From Candidatus Omnitrophota bacterium (lineage in GTDB: Bacteria; Omnitrophota; Gorgyraeia; JAHJTE01): DNA of 64,000 nt. How positions within the stretch are numbered: position 1 is the stretch's first letter; each line of letters starts with the position of its first letter. Shown one piece after another: positions 39,499 through 49,515 of this stretch. The notes under the pieces are model-generated. The model saw only the letters and a program-made list of their open reading frames with translations, ran no database searches and had not been told where the DNA came from. Where the stretch lies: assembly GCA_018830005.1 (NCBI GenBank), contig JAHJTE010000002.1, positions 331,809 to 395,808 on the forward strand. The letters are read 5' to 3'. Made by a program: the position numbers and the translations under genes.

Positions 39499-40062
39499 TC
39501 ATAGGTCTAGAAAATTCTTCAAAATCTTTTTACCTTCTCCTGTCAATATTGATTCCGGATGAAATTGAACACCAAAAACAGGTTTCCTCTTATGTTGCAA
39601 ACCCATAATCTCACCCTGTTTTGTCCAGGCAGTAATCTCTAAACTAGAAGGCAGGCCTCTCTTCTCTACGATAAGCGAATGATAGCGAGTAGCGAGGAAG
39701 GGATTTCTAATATCTTTAAAGATCTTGCAATTGTTATGATAAATTAGAGATGTCTTGCCGTGCATTAGCTTTTTTGCACCTACAATCTTAGCGCCAAAGG
39801 CCTCGCCAATACACTGATGCCCCAGACATACACCCAGGATAGGGACAGAATTGCAAAAATTAGTTACAACCTCAAGAGATATGCCTGCATGCTTAGGCCT
39901 TCCCGGACCTGGAGATATGACTATTCTTTTTGGCATAAGCCTTTTTATTTCTTTAATTGTGATCTTGTCATTGCGAAAGACCTTAAGATTAGCGCCAAGT
40001 TCACCTAGATACTGAACAAGGTTATATGTGAAAGAATCATAGTTATCAATTACTAAAATCAT
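39499..40062 (-). CDS. trpG: Anthranilate/aminodeoxychorismate synthase glutamine amidotransferase component
   Basis: [36 protein letters not shown]. Confidence 0.93.
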   Translation of the reverse strand: MILVIDNYDSFTYNLVQYLGELGANLKVFRNDKITIKEIKRLMPKRIVISPGPGRPKHAGISLEVVTNFCNSVPILGVCLGHQCIGEAFGAKIVGAKKLMHGKTSLIYHNNCKIFKDIRNPFLATRYHSLIVEKRGLPSSLEITAWTKQGEIMGLQHKRKPVFGVQFHPESILTGEGKKILKNFLDL

Positions 40063-40065
40063 ACC

Positions 40066-41334
40066 TTACTCCTTCTCTCTCCAGATCTTTGCGCCTAAAT
40101 TCTGTAGCTTTAAGTCTAATTTTTCATATCCGCGATCAAGATGATATATTCGCGATATTGTGCTTTTGCCTTCTGATACTAGGGCTGCTAAAACAAGCGC
40201 AGCTGAAGCCCGCAAATCACATGCCATTAGTGAAGCACCCGAAAGACGCTTGACTCCATGCACAACAGCATAAGGACCTTCACGCTGGATATGTGCGCCC
40301 ATACGGTTTAACTCTGCCACATGCATAAATCTATCAGGATATACCTTTTCATGGATAATACTGATTCCTGAGGTAACGCTCATCAGAGACATTGTCTGGG
40401 CTTGCATATCTGTAGGAAACCCAGGATAAGGAAAGGTAGTTACATTAATTGCTTTTGTATTCCTAATGCTCTTAACCCTTAATTCATTATCCCTGGCCTT
40501 GATTTCAACTCCGGCTCTTATCAAAACATCTATTATTGCTCCTAAATGTTCTGCAACGCAGTTTTTTATGAGTATGTCACCTTTGGTAATCGCAGCTGCC
40601 ACCATGAATGTACCGGCCTCAATCCTATCAGGTATAACAGTATGTTCTGCACCACCTAATTTATCTACGCCATCAATCTTTATAATCGGTGTACCAGCCC
40701 CTTTAATCTTTGCTCCCATTTTTATAAGAAATTCAGCTAGGTCGGAAATTTCAGGCTCACAGGCAGCAGCCTCAATTATTGTACTGCCGCGAGCTAACGT
40801 AGCTGCCATCATTATATTAGCCGTTGCTGTTACTGAAGGACCAAATTCACCACCAAGATAAATACGATTGCCGCGTAAATGATTATTCTTGGCAGAAGCA
40901 ATGACATAGCCAGAATCAATGTTAATATCAACACCCAGACCAATTAAGCCTTTTAAATGTAAATCCACTGGTCGTACACCAATAATGCAGCCACCTGGCA
41001 AAGATACCTTAGCATGCTTCAAGCGGGCAACCAATGGACCCAAGACACAAAAAGAAGCACGCATAGTTGATACTAGCTTATAAGGTGCTAAGCTATTTAA
41101 TTCCTTTCGCGGCTTCACTACCACTGTACCATTCTGAAAATCAACCCTTTTACCTAGATACTCGATAATCTTAATCATTGTCTGCACATCTTTGAGTTTA
41201 GGGGAAGAGTGAATCTTGCATACCTCATCTGTCAAGAGTGTTGCCGCTAAAATAGGAAGAAAGGCATTCTTAGCACCACTCACCTCAACCTTACCCTCTA
41301 ACTTAACGCCACCTTCAATAACTAACTTATCCAT
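40066..41334 (-). CDS. murA: UDP-N-acetylglucosamine 1-carboxyvinyltransferase
   Basis: GAKNA, MRAS, LPGGC.IG.RPVDLH, PDRIEAGT, PGFPTDMQ, DLRA, HLDRGY. Confidence 0.97.
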   Translation of the reverse strand: MDKLVIEGGVKLEGKVEVSGAKNAFLPILAATLLTDEVCKIHSSPKLKDVQTMIKIIEYLGKRVDFQNGTVVVKPRKELNSLAPYKLVSTMRASFCVLGPLVARLKHAKVSLPGGCIIGVRPVDLHLKGLIGLGVDINIDSGYVIASAKNNHLRGNRIYLGGEFGPSVTATANIMMAATLARGSTIIEAAACEPEISDLAEFLIKMGAKIKGAGTPIIKIDGVDKLGGAEHTVIPDRIEAGTFMVAAAITKGDILIKNCVAEHLGAIIDVLIRAGVEIKARDNELRVKSIRNTKAINVTTFPYPGFPTDMQAQTMSLMSVTSGISIIHEKVYPDRFMHVAELNRMGAHIQREGPYAVVHGVKRLSGASLMACDLRASAALVLAALVSEGKSTISRIYHLDRGYEKLDLKLQNLGAKIWREKE

Positions 41335-41348
41335 TAGTTCTGGCCCTC

Positions 41349-42155
41349 TTATATCCTATCTAAACATATAACTCTTTCGATGCCATTATAATCATTGATG
41401 ATTTCTCTAATTTCAAATTGAGGATAATCAGCGATAATCTTACTTATGCCCTCAACCTGGCCTAAGCCAATTTCAAATAATAAAATGCCTCGTGGTTTTA
41501 ATAGATCTTTGGCTGTCTTTAAAATTTGTCCATAAAAATGTAGCCCATCCTTACCGCCATCCAAGGCAGGCCTTGGTTCATTTTTTACCTCAGGCGCAAG
41601 ATGCCCTAAATCTGTGGTCGTTATATAAGGAGGATTGGAAACAATCATATCAAAGCTAGAAGCTAAAAACTGCAAGCCAGAAGCTGAGAATAAATCTACC
41701 TTCCTAAAATCTATTTTCTTCTGGACTGCATGCAACCTTGCATTCTGCTCTGCCAGATCTAGTGTGATTACAGCAATATCTATTGCTGTAATCTTTGCAT
41801 TTGTAAGATTTTTAGCTAAACTGATAGCGATATTACCGGCACCAGTTCCTATATCTAGGATCTTTAGATCTTGCCCTTTACATCTTGGCCCTTGCATCAG
41901 GGAAATTGCCTCCTCAACCAATATCTCGGTCTCAGGACGAGGAATAAACGTACCAGGCTGAATCTTAAATTCCAGCCCAAAGAATTCACATCTGCCTAAG
42001 ATATATTGAAGCGGCACGCCCTTTTGCCTTTCTCTATTAATTGCAAGCCTACGAGACTCCTGTTCTCCAGATAAATGCAAGGTCCGAGGATCTGAGTATA
42101 ATTGGGCACGCGTACAATTTAATAAATCACAAAGTATCAACTCTTGCTCATTCAT
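41349..42155 (-). CDS. prmC: Release factor glutamine methyltransferase
   Basis: PLQYILG, IPRPETE, LDIGTG.G, SNPPY, EP..ALDGG.DGL; follows prfA. Confidence 0.95.
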   Translation of the reverse strand: MNEQELILCDLLNCTRAQLYSDPRTLHLSGEQESRRLAINRERQKGVPLQYILGRCEFFGLEFKIQPGTFIPRPETEILVEEAISLMQGPRCKGQDLKILDIGTGAGNIAISLAKNLTNAKITAIDIAVITLDLAEQNARLHAVQKKIDFRKVDLFSASGLQFLASSFDMIVSNPPYITTTDLGHLAPEVKNEPRPALDGGKDGLHFYGQILKTAKDLLKPRGILLFEIGLGQVEGISKIIADYPQFEIREIINDYNGIERVICLDRI

Positions 42156-43227
42156 TGTTCATTAGCCGCTTGCGCTTATCCTTATCTTCATTCTCAATAA
42201 GGGCTTGGATGATTTCATCAAGACTACCCTCTAATATCTCTTCTAACCTATGAATTACAAGGCCGATGCGGTGATCAGTAACGCGATGCTCAGAGAAATT
42301 ATAGGTGCGAATTTTCTCACTTCGATCACCACTTCTAATCTGGGAACGCCGCTGATTAGAGATTTCGTTTTCATTCTTTTCTCTTTCTGCCTCTAAGAGC
42401 CTGGTTCGCAATACGCGCATTGCCTTATATTTGTTCTTAAGCTGAGAACGCTCATCCTGACAGATAATAACCAAACCCGAAGGCAAATGAGTAATTCTAA
42501 CAGCTGAATCTGTAGTATTAACACTCTGGCCACCTGGCCCGGATGATTTGAACACATCAATCTTTAAATCCTTGGGGTCAACTTTTACATCTGCCTCTTT
42601 TGCCTCAGGTAAAACTGCAACTGTTGCTGCAGAGGTATGAATCCTGCCTGAGGCCTCGGTAACTGGCACGCGCTGGACTCGATGAACGCCGCTTTCAAAT
42701 CTTAACTTTCTAAAGGCATCCTTTCCTCTCACGGAAAATATGACTTCTTTGAAGCCCCCTGCTTCAGAAGGATGACTACTTAAGATCTCAGCCCTCCAGC
42801 CGCACTTATCAGCAAATCTAGAATACATTCTGAATAGATCAGCGGCAAATAGGCTCGCCTCCTGGCCTCCGGTTCCAGCCCGAATCTCGACAATAACGTC
42901 TAGACTGGCATCTTTATCTTCGCCTAATAAAAACTGCTCCAGTTTCTTTCCTAGGTCTTTCTGGGTAGCCTCAAGCACTTCTATCTCCGCCTTTGCAAGA
43001 TCCAAAAACTCCTGATCATGCTTTTCTTCTAATACATTTTCTAATTGAACCAATTCCAGCGTAATCTTCTTCCATTTACGGAAATCCCTAACCGGTTCAA
43101 CCAAGGCGGATAATTCCTTTGCCAAGGATAGACACTTAGGCTGATCAGAGATAATTTTAGGATCAGCCAAAAGATGCTCAATATCTACTAGCCGTTTTTC
43201 TAAATCTTCGAATTTTTTCTTAAACAT
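42148..43227 (-). CDS. prfA: Peptide chain release factor 1
   Basis: EIRAGTGG.EA, ESGVHRVQRVPVT (PxT), GPGGQSVNTTDSAVR, RSEKIRTYNF. Confidence 0.97.
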   Translation of the reverse strand: MFKKKFEDLEKRLVDIEHLLADPKIISDQPKCLSLAKELSALVEPVRDFRKWKKITLELVQLENVLEEKHDQEFLDLAKAEIEVLEATQKDLGKKLEQFLLGEDKDASLDVIVEIRAGTGGQEASLFAADLFRMYSRFADKCGWRAEILSSHPSEAGGFKEVIFSVRGKDAFRKLRFESGVHRVQRVPVTEASGRIHTSAATVAVLPEAKEADVKVDPKDLKIDVFKSSGPGGQSVNTTDSAVRITHLPSGLVIICQDERSQLKNKYKAMRVLRTRLLEAEREKNENEISNQRRSQIRSGDRSEKIRTYNFSEHRVTDHRIGLVIHRLEEILEGSLDEIIQALIENEDKDKRKRLMNNE

Positions 43228-43238
43228 TTTATATAAAT

Positions 43239-43286
43239 AGAAAAATGGATTAAAGATACTCTAAAATTCAGTAATCTTTAATTCCA
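43239..43286 (-). terminator. Probable intrinsic terminator after rpmE
   Basis: Minus strand TGGAATTAAAGATTACT-gaattttag-AGTATCTTTAATCCA (long stem, two bulges) followed by TTTTTCT. The stem is AT-rich, so efficiency may be low. Confidence 0.55.
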
Positions 43287-43287
43287 C

Positions 43288-43491
43288 TTATTTTTCTTTC
43301 TTATATTTCTTAAGAAATTTTTCGACCCTTCCTGCAGAATCAACAAATTTCTGTCTACCTGTAAAAAAAGGATGACATTTTGAACAGATTTCAACCCTGA
43401 TATTCTGTTTTGTTGAACGCGTGTGGATAACCTCTCCACAGGCACAGGTAATCGTTGCTTGCTTATATTCTGGATGTATACTCTTCTTCAT
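43288..43491 (-). CDS. rpmE: 50S ribosomal protein L31 (Zn-binding type)
   Basis: [29 protein letters not shown]. Confidence 0.97.
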   Translation of the reverse strand: MKKSIHPEYKQATITCACGEVIHTRSTKQNIRVEICSKCHPFFTGRQKFVDSAGRVEKFLKKYKKEK

Positions 43492-43518
43492 TACTTCTTA
43501 TTTCACCTCCCTAAAAGT

Positions 43519-44814
43519 TTAAGTCTTGGCTTGATTCATGCTGTTTAAAAACTCTTCATTATCTTTGGTCTTATTCAACTTATCAATTAAAAGCTCCATT
43601 GCCTCAGCAGAATTAAGTTCATTGAGGACCTTACGCAGAATCCACGTCTTTTGCAACTGCTCTCGATTAACAAGCAGTTCTTCTCTGCGCGTATTGGAGC
43701 GTTTTATATCTATTGCCGGATAAATCCTTCGTTGGAATAGAGTCCTATCAAGCTGCAGTTCCATATTACCCGTGCCTTTAAATTCTTCAAATATTACCTC
43801 ATCCATACGCGAACCAGTATCTACTAAGGCAGTAGCAACAATGGTTAGACTTCCGCCTTCTTCTATAGCACGTGCAGCTCCGAAGAAGCGTTTAGGCTTA
43901 TGCAAGGCATTGGAATCTACGCCACCAGTAAGAATCTTGCCGCTGTGCGGAACAACTGTGTTATAAGCACGCGCTAATCTTGTAATGCTGTCAAGCAAGA
44001 TAACAACATCTTTCTTATGCTCAACGAGGCGTTTAGCCTTCTCCAATACAATCTCTGCTACCTGTACGTGCCGTTCTGCTGGCTCATCAAAGGTAGAAGA
44101 AATAACCTCACCCTTAACAATCCTCTGCATATCTGTTACCTCTTCCGGCCGTTCATCTATAAGCAGTACGATTAATGTAACCTCTGGATAATTCTCTGCT
44201 ATTGAATTGGCAATCTTTTGCAAGAGAACCGTCTTTCCACTATAAGGAGCAGCCACAATCATAGAGCGCTGGCCCTTTCCAATCGGAGTAAGCAAGTCCA
44301 TTACCCGCATTGATACTTCCTCAGGTTTTACCTCAAGCTTCAATCTTTGATTCGGGTATAAAGGCGTAAGATTATCAAAGAGGACCTTATCCTTAATCGA
44401 TTCCGGATTCTCAAAATTTACAGCCTCTACCTTTAAAAGGGCAAAATATTTCTCACCTTCTTTGGGCGGTCGAATCTGTCCACTAACAGTATCTCCGGTG
44501 TGTAAATCAAATTTTCTTATTTGAGACGGCGAAATATAAATATCATCCGGACAGGGCAGGTAGTTATAATTGGGGGAACGCAAGAAGCCAAAGCCATCTG
44601 GTAAGACCTCCAAGACTCCCTCCCCGAACATCAACCCTTCCTTCTCTGCCTGGGCCTGCAGGATTTTAAAAATTAAGTCCTGCTTCCTTAAACTACTTAT
44701 GCCATTAACATTTAAACTCCTGGCAACCTTGTTTAATTCTGATACCTTCATTTCCTTTAGATGTACAATATCAACCTTAGCAACTTTTATCTCTTTCTTT
44801 GCTTCTGTAGTCAT
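43519..44814 (-). CDS. rho: Transcription termination factor Rho
   Basis: [58 protein letters not shown]. Confidence 0.98.
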   Translation of the reverse strand: MTTEAKKEIKVAKVDIVHLKEMKVSELNKVARSLNVNGISSLRKQDLIFKILQAQAEKEGLMFGEGVLEVLPDGFGFLRSPNYNYLPCPDDIYISPSQIRKFDLHTGDTVSGQIRPPKEGEKYFALLKVEAVNFENPESIKDKVLFDNLTPLYPNQRLKLEVKPEEVSMRVMDLLTPIGKGQRSMIVAAPYSGKTVLLQKIANSIAENYPEVTLIVLLIDERPEEVTDMQRIVKGEVISSTFDEPAERHVQVAEIVLEKAKRLVEHKKDVVILLDSITRLARAYNTVVPHSGKILTGGVDSNALHKPKRFFGAARAIEEGGSLTIVATALVDTGSRMDEVIFEEFKGTGNMELQLDRTLFQRRIYPAIDIKRSNTRREELLVNREQLQKTWILRKVLNELNSAEAMELLIDKLNKTKDNEEFLNSMNQAKT

Positions 44815-45407
44815 CTCGCCACCTCTTTGTAAATCTTTTTTATTTGCCCTTTTAACTGATTTAAAGATCCTGAGTTATTAATAACAAAATGCGCATGCCT
44901 CTTTTTATCTATAAACGGAAGCTGATGATTAAGGCGCATCCTGAACTCTGCTTCCGATAACTTATGTTTTCCTAAGGCGCGTTTCAACCTTAGCCGCAAC
45001 GGACAATTTATCAAAAGGACATAATCAACAAAACGATTAAAACCGCTCTCTATCAAAAGCGCAGCATCAACTATGATTAAGCCGTATTTTTTTCCTATCT
45101 CTTGCTTTAGTCTTTTTATAATATGGGGGTGCACTATTCTATTCAAGGCCCTTAGTGCATTTTTATCGCAAAATGCTCTCAGACTAAGTTTTTTTCTATC
45201 TAAATGACCCTTGGCAGTCAACACATCCTTACCAAAGGTCTCGGCTATTTTTTTTACAACTGCTGGTCTCATCCTGTAGATATCTTTTGTGAGCCTGTCG
45301 GCATCAAGAACCTTTGCGCCCAATTTCTTAAAGATTGATGCGGCCGTGCTTTTTCCGCTTCCGATACTGCCGGTAACTCCAATAACAATCCTGTTTTTAA
45401 TCTGCAT
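44811..45407 (-). CDS. coaE: Dephospho-CoA kinase
   Basis: [31 protein letters not shown]. Confidence 0.93.
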   Translation of the reverse strand: MQIKNRIVIGVTGSIGSGKSTAASIFKKLGAKVLDADRLTKDIYRMRPAVVKKIAETFGKDVLTAKGHLDRKKLSLRAFCDKNALRALNRIVHPHIIKRLKQEIGKKYGLIIVDAALLIESGFNRFVDYVLLINCPLRLRLKRALGKHKLSEAEFRMRLNHQLPFIDKKRHAHFVINNSGSLNQLKGQIKKIYKEVAR

Positions 45408-45469
45408 TGTTTAATATTTTTTCATAAAGTTTTCGGCAAGCCTAGATGTCATAGCAATAAATTATTGCC

Positions 45470-46039
45470 TTAGACTGATGTAGTAGGCCTTGCGATTAGA
45501 GAAACGGTTATTACGATAATTATAAACTGAATTATCCAGCCGATAATACAAACTGCAACTGCCCTAAATGTGCTGCGATAATCAAGTGCCTGTCTGACAG
45601 CAATTACCATTGCCGCTAACATCCAGAATGCAGCTACAAAAAACACAATATTAGTAAGAAAAGGAATAATGCCTAAAATCCGAATAAGTCCGGGTGAAGT
45701 CGAGAATCCTATAGTGCGCAATAACTGTCCCAAATCTGCCTTTGTATCTGGGGTTGGTAGCAATTTTGTGCCGACAAAGTAAGTAATAAAGGCCCAAATA
45801 TACCAGGCTACCAATGCTAAAATCGTACCTGCTAAGACTGAACTAAAGCCTCCTGTTGTAATAGTGCCTAAACCAGCAGCAAGACTTGATAAAACCACAA
45901 CCAGCATAGCCTGAGTCATGGCAGACTTATCTGCCTCTACCTCTTCGTACAATTTAGGCTCTAACTGTGCTGCCCGAATCATCCTCTCCCTCAACTTCTT
46001 CCAATCAACCATTTCCAACCTCCCATTTTGTACCGCCAT
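45470..46039 (-). CDS. YIP1-family membrane protein
   Basis: YEEVEAD...TQA..VV, about 5 TM segments, LLRTIGF..SPG, AVRQALDY. Confidence 0.75.
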   Translation of the reverse strand: MAVQNGRLEMVDWKKLRERMIRAAQLEPKLYEEVEADKSAMTQAMLVVVLSSLAAGLGTITTGGFSSVLAGTILALVAWYIWAFITYFVGTKLLPTPDTKADLGQLLRTIGFSTSPGLIRILGIIPFLTNIVFFVAAFWMLAAMVIAVRQALDYRSTFRAVAVCIIGWIIQFIIIVITVSLIARPTTSV

Positions 46040-46049
46040 TGTTTATACT

Positions 46050-48581
46050 CTAACATTCTTCCATCTCTAGCCAATTCTTCCCTTTTTTTATAGTAACCTT
46101 GATCGGAACAGAAAGACTAAAAGCATGTTCCATCTTACTCTTAATAATCGCAATAATATCTTCTAGTTCTTTCTTTTCACAATCAAAGATAAGTTCATCA
46201 TGCACTTGCAGCACCATCTTCGAAGAAAAACCTTTTTCTTTAAACTCCCCAAATATATCTAACATTGCCTTTTTTATTAAATCTGCGGCTGAACCCTGTA
46301 CTGGCATATTTATTGCCTGACGCTCGGCAAAAGAACGCACTCTAATATTCTGAGAGTTAATTGCAGGCAAGTAGCGCCGGCGACCCATGATTGTACTGAT
46401 AAAACCATCGCGCCTTGCGTCTTCAATGCAAGAGATCATAAAATCCTTCACCTTAGGATAACGCAAGAAATAATTTTCTATAAATTCCTCCGCCTCATAC
46501 AAGGCTACTCCTAAATCCTTTGCCAGGCCAAATGAACTTATACCGTAGATTATTCCAAAATTTACTCTTTTGGCAATATTGCGCATTGATTCATCCAGAT
46601 CTTTTTTGTCTACTCCAAAGATCAAAGAAGCAGTATGATTATGGACATCCTCATTGTTCTTAAAGGCCTCGATAAGATTCTCCTCACCTGAGAGATGCGC
46701 TAGGATACGCAGTTCTATCTGAGAATAATCAGCGCTTAATAGGAAATTGCTAACCTTGGAGGGAATAAATGCCTTTCTGATTTGAGCACCCACCTCGGTT
46801 TTAATCGGTATATTTTGTAAATTTGGATTAGAGGAACTTAAACGGCCTGTCTGGGTTCCTGTCTGATTAAGAGAGGTATGTAGTCTTGCCTTTTTATCAA
46901 TTAACTTCGGAAAGACATCAAGATAGGTAGTCTTAAGTTTGGTTAACTGCCTAATTTTGAGTATCTCCTCTACGATGGGATGCTCATTAGATAGGCTCTT
47001 TAATACTGCCTCATCAGTTGCAGCATGGGTTTTTCTACGCTTTCTTATTGGTAGTTTCAACTCTTCAAAAAGAACCTGACTTAACTGCTTGGGAGAATTT
47101 ATATTGAATTCTCTACCCGCCAGTCCAATAATGTCTTCTCGCAGTTTATTTATCTGTCTATCTACTTTTTTAGACAGTGCCTCCAAGATCTGCCTATCGA
47201 TTCCTACTCCAGTCATTTCTAAATCAGCCAATACTTCTAAAAGCGGCATCTCAATGTCGAAAAAGAGTTGCTGCATACCTTTTTCTTCTAGCTCTGTTTC
47301 AACAGGACGCAGATCATCCATAAGCGAAAAAGCTGAATCAAGCATAAGATGCTGGCTATCCGCAACAACCTTGTTAGCATAATTAAGTGCCAGACTAGAT
47401 AAACTGTAGTCACTGCGGCCAGAATCCAAAAGATAAAATGCAATGGAAAAATCCAAGAACAATCCTTTCAAATCAATGCCTTTATCAGCTAAGAAAATCT
47501 TGACCCTTTTAAGGTCATTGGAGATCTTTTTAATCCCTGCATCAGAAAGTATATCCCTCATCTGTTGGCTAATTTCTTGGAGTTCACAAAAATAACGAAT
47601 ACTAGCCAAGTTTAGCGAATCCTTGACTTCATCATAATAAAGATACAATTCTTTTTTTTCTCTTGCCTGCTTTATTAACAAAGAAGCATCGTTAGAGCGC
47701 TCTCTTGTTTTTTCTACATTTTCTCTATTTGTATCCAAGGCCTGCAGCAGAGATTTAAACTCCATCTCCTTAAATAATGAAAATAGCTTATCCTTATCAG
47801 GGGAACTGACCTTCATATCTTCTGTCTTTATTTTGATAGGGACGTTGAAATCTAACGTTGCAAGCTGCCGACTCAATAATATGTTCTCTTTCTCGGATGC
47901 AATGCGCTTGCCTTGAGAATCTCCTATTCTTTTAAGATTCTTGAGTAAATTATCAAGTGAACCAAATTGATTTATTAATTTAACTGCTGTCTTGTCTCCT
48001 ATACCAGCTGCTCCGGGAATATTGTCGCTTTTATCTCCGGCTAAAGCTAAAAAGTCAACTATCTGCTGTGGACCTATGCCAAAACGTTCTTTAACAGACT
48101 TTGCATCAAGGATTACAGATTCCTTGCCTGGCTTATAAATCTTAGTATGCCCATTAACAAGCTGACACATATCCTTATCTGAACTAATGATATAAACAGA
48201 AAATCCTTTCTTGGCTAATGTCTTGGCTAAAGTCGCAATAATATCATCTGCTTCAAATCTATCACACTCAAAGGTCTTCAGGCGATATGCTGCTATAAGT
48301 TCCCTAATCTTGGAAAGCTGGACTTTTAGTTCGTCCGGCATCTTAGGCCGATGTATCTTATAATCCTTGAATTGCTCAGTGCGAAAACTTGGTTTTCCCG
48401 AATCAAAGCAAAATGCTAAATAGTCAGGTTGCTCCTCTCTTAAAATCCGAGAAATAAAGGTAGTAAAACCATAAACAGCGCCTGTAGGCATTCCTGAACT
48501 CGTTGTTAACGCCGGCAGGGCATAATAAGCACGATAAAGATAGGAGTTGGCATCAACAAGAAATACTTTTTTCTTCTTCAT
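46050..48581 (-). CDS. polA: DNA polymerase I
   Basis: 5'-3' exonuclease (DANSYLYRAYYA, EADD, GDKSDNIPG); polymerase motifs TGRLSS.NPNLQNIP, DYSQIELR, AK.VNFGIIYG, QVHDEL. The 3'-5' exonuclease region looks shortened and degenerate. Confidence 0.97.
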   Translation of the reverse strand: MKKKKVFLVDANSYLYRAYYALPALTTSSGMPTGAVYGFTTFISRILREEQPDYLAFCFDSGKPSFRTEQFKDYKIHRPKMPDELKVQLSKIRELIAAYRLKTFECDRFEADDIIATLAKTLAKKGFSVYIISSDKDMCQLVNGHTKIYKPGKESVILDAKSVKERFGIGPQQIVDFLALAGDKSDNIPGAAGIGDKTAVKLINQFGSLDNLLKNLKRIGDSQGKRIASEKENILLSRQLATLDFNVPIKIKTEDMKVSSPDKDKLFSLFKEMEFKSLLQALDTNRENVEKTRERSNDASLLIKQAREKKELYLYYDEVKDSLNLASIRYFCELQEISQQMRDILSDAGIKKISNDLKRVKIFLADKGIDLKGLFLDFSIAFYLLDSGRSDYSLSSLALNYANKVVADSQHLMLDSAFSLMDDLRPVETELEEKGMQQLFFDIEMPLLEVLADLEMTGVGIDRQILEALSKKVDRQINKLREDIIGLAGREFNINSPKQLSQVLFEELKLPIRKRRKTHAATDEAVLKSLSNEHPIVEEILKIRQLTKLKTTYLDVFPKLIDKKARLHTSLNQTGTQTGRLSSSNPNLQNIPIKTEVGAQIRKAFIPSKVSNFLLSADYSQIELRILAHLSGEENLIEAFKNNEDVHNHTASLIFGVDKKDLDESMRNIAKRVNFGIIYGISSFGLAKDLGVALYEAEEFIENYFLRYPKVKDFMISCIEDARRDGFISTIMGRRRYLPAINSQNIRVRSFAERQAINMPVQGSAADLIKKAMLDIFGEFKEKGFSSKMVLQVHDELIFDCEKKELEDIIAIIKSKMEHAFSLSVPIKVTIKKGKNWLEMEEC

Positions 48582-48713
48582 GAATCAGCTATATGTAAAA
48601 ACCTTGTTTCTTGTTTAATTTTCTAACGCTGTAAATGGGATTCATTTGCTCGGCGTGAGCTACATTTTCGAATTGAATTTAAAGAGAATAAAAATCGGAA
48701 AGTAAATCTTGTG

Positions 48714-49436
48714 CTATGGTGTCAAAAGTGCACGTTTCTGAGCCTCAATTAAAAGCTGTTCAACCTCCTTATTATGCGGGTCGAAATTAAAAGCCCTATG
48801 AAGCTGTCTTAAGGCCTTCACATATTCACCTCGATCATAATACTCCTTGCCTCTGGCAAAATAAGCCTCAGCTGCAAGTTGACTACTATCTCTAATGTCC
48901 TGTTTTAATTCTTTGACCTCTGCGATAAGCTCTAAGGTCTGGGTCTCCTCATATACCTTATATGATCCCTTATCAATCTTGCCTAATCTCTCTAAATGCT
49001 TCTTTGCTTTCTGGGTCCAGGCCTGGGATGAATCTCCCAGCTCAATCCTCTTACTCCATAAGCGGGCAGCATTTTCAAAATCCTTATTTTTCTCATAGAT
49101 TAATGCAAGATTGGTATAAGGACAAGGATATTGCGGATCTAGCTCAATTGCGCGTTTATATGCCTTCTCAGCTTCATGCAGTAGATTCATCTTTTCGTAA
49201 ACTATGCCTAAATCATTGTGGCTAACTGCATAATTCGGGGCAAGCTTAATTGCTTCCTTATAAAGCCTTAAGGCCTTAGCATAATCCCCGTTCAGTTGCG
49301 CTTGAAACCCTTGTTGCCGGAACAAATGAGCTTTATTTTCTGATAATTCGTTAGCCCAGAGGGGATTATTTACGCAAGAAAGGCAATAAACTAAAAGCGT
49401 AAAAATAAGTATAAAATAGGTCTTTTTGGTGGACAT
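48714..49436 (-). CDS. Exported tetratricopeptide repeat protein
   Basis: N-terminal hydrophobic signal; TPR consensus (A...Y..AI.L.P.Y...H..LG..Y; AIELDPQY..PY.NLA). ATG at 49436 preferred because 49457 lies 2 nt from the predicted -10. Confidence 0.8.
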   Translation of the reverse strand: MSTKKTYFILIFTLLVYCLSCVNNPLWANELSENKAHLFRQQGFQAQLNGDYAKALRLYKEAIKLAPNYAVSHNDLGIVYEKMNLLHEAEKAYKRAIELDPQYPCPYTNLALIYEKNKDFENAARLWSKRIELGDSSQAWTQKAKKHLERLGKIDKGSYKVYEETQTLELIAEVKELKQDIRDSSQLAAEAYFARGKEYYDRGEYVKALRQLHRAFNFDPHNKEVEQLLIEAQKRALLTP

Positions 49437-49459
49437 TTTTGAAGGCGAATCTAACATTT

Positions 49460-49488
49460 AAATTAACACAAAAAAAATCCTAAGTCAA
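49460..49488 (-). promoter_or_regulatory. Sigma70-type promoter (TTGACT-17 nt-TAATTT, extended -10 TG) for the TPR gene and possibly polA and downstream genes
   Basis: Minus strand TTGACT...tgtgt TAATTT with 17-nt spacer, in the gap between acsB and the TPR gene. Confidence 0.6.
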
Positions 49489-49515
49489 GTGAAATCTATA
49501 AGTTATCGCAATATT

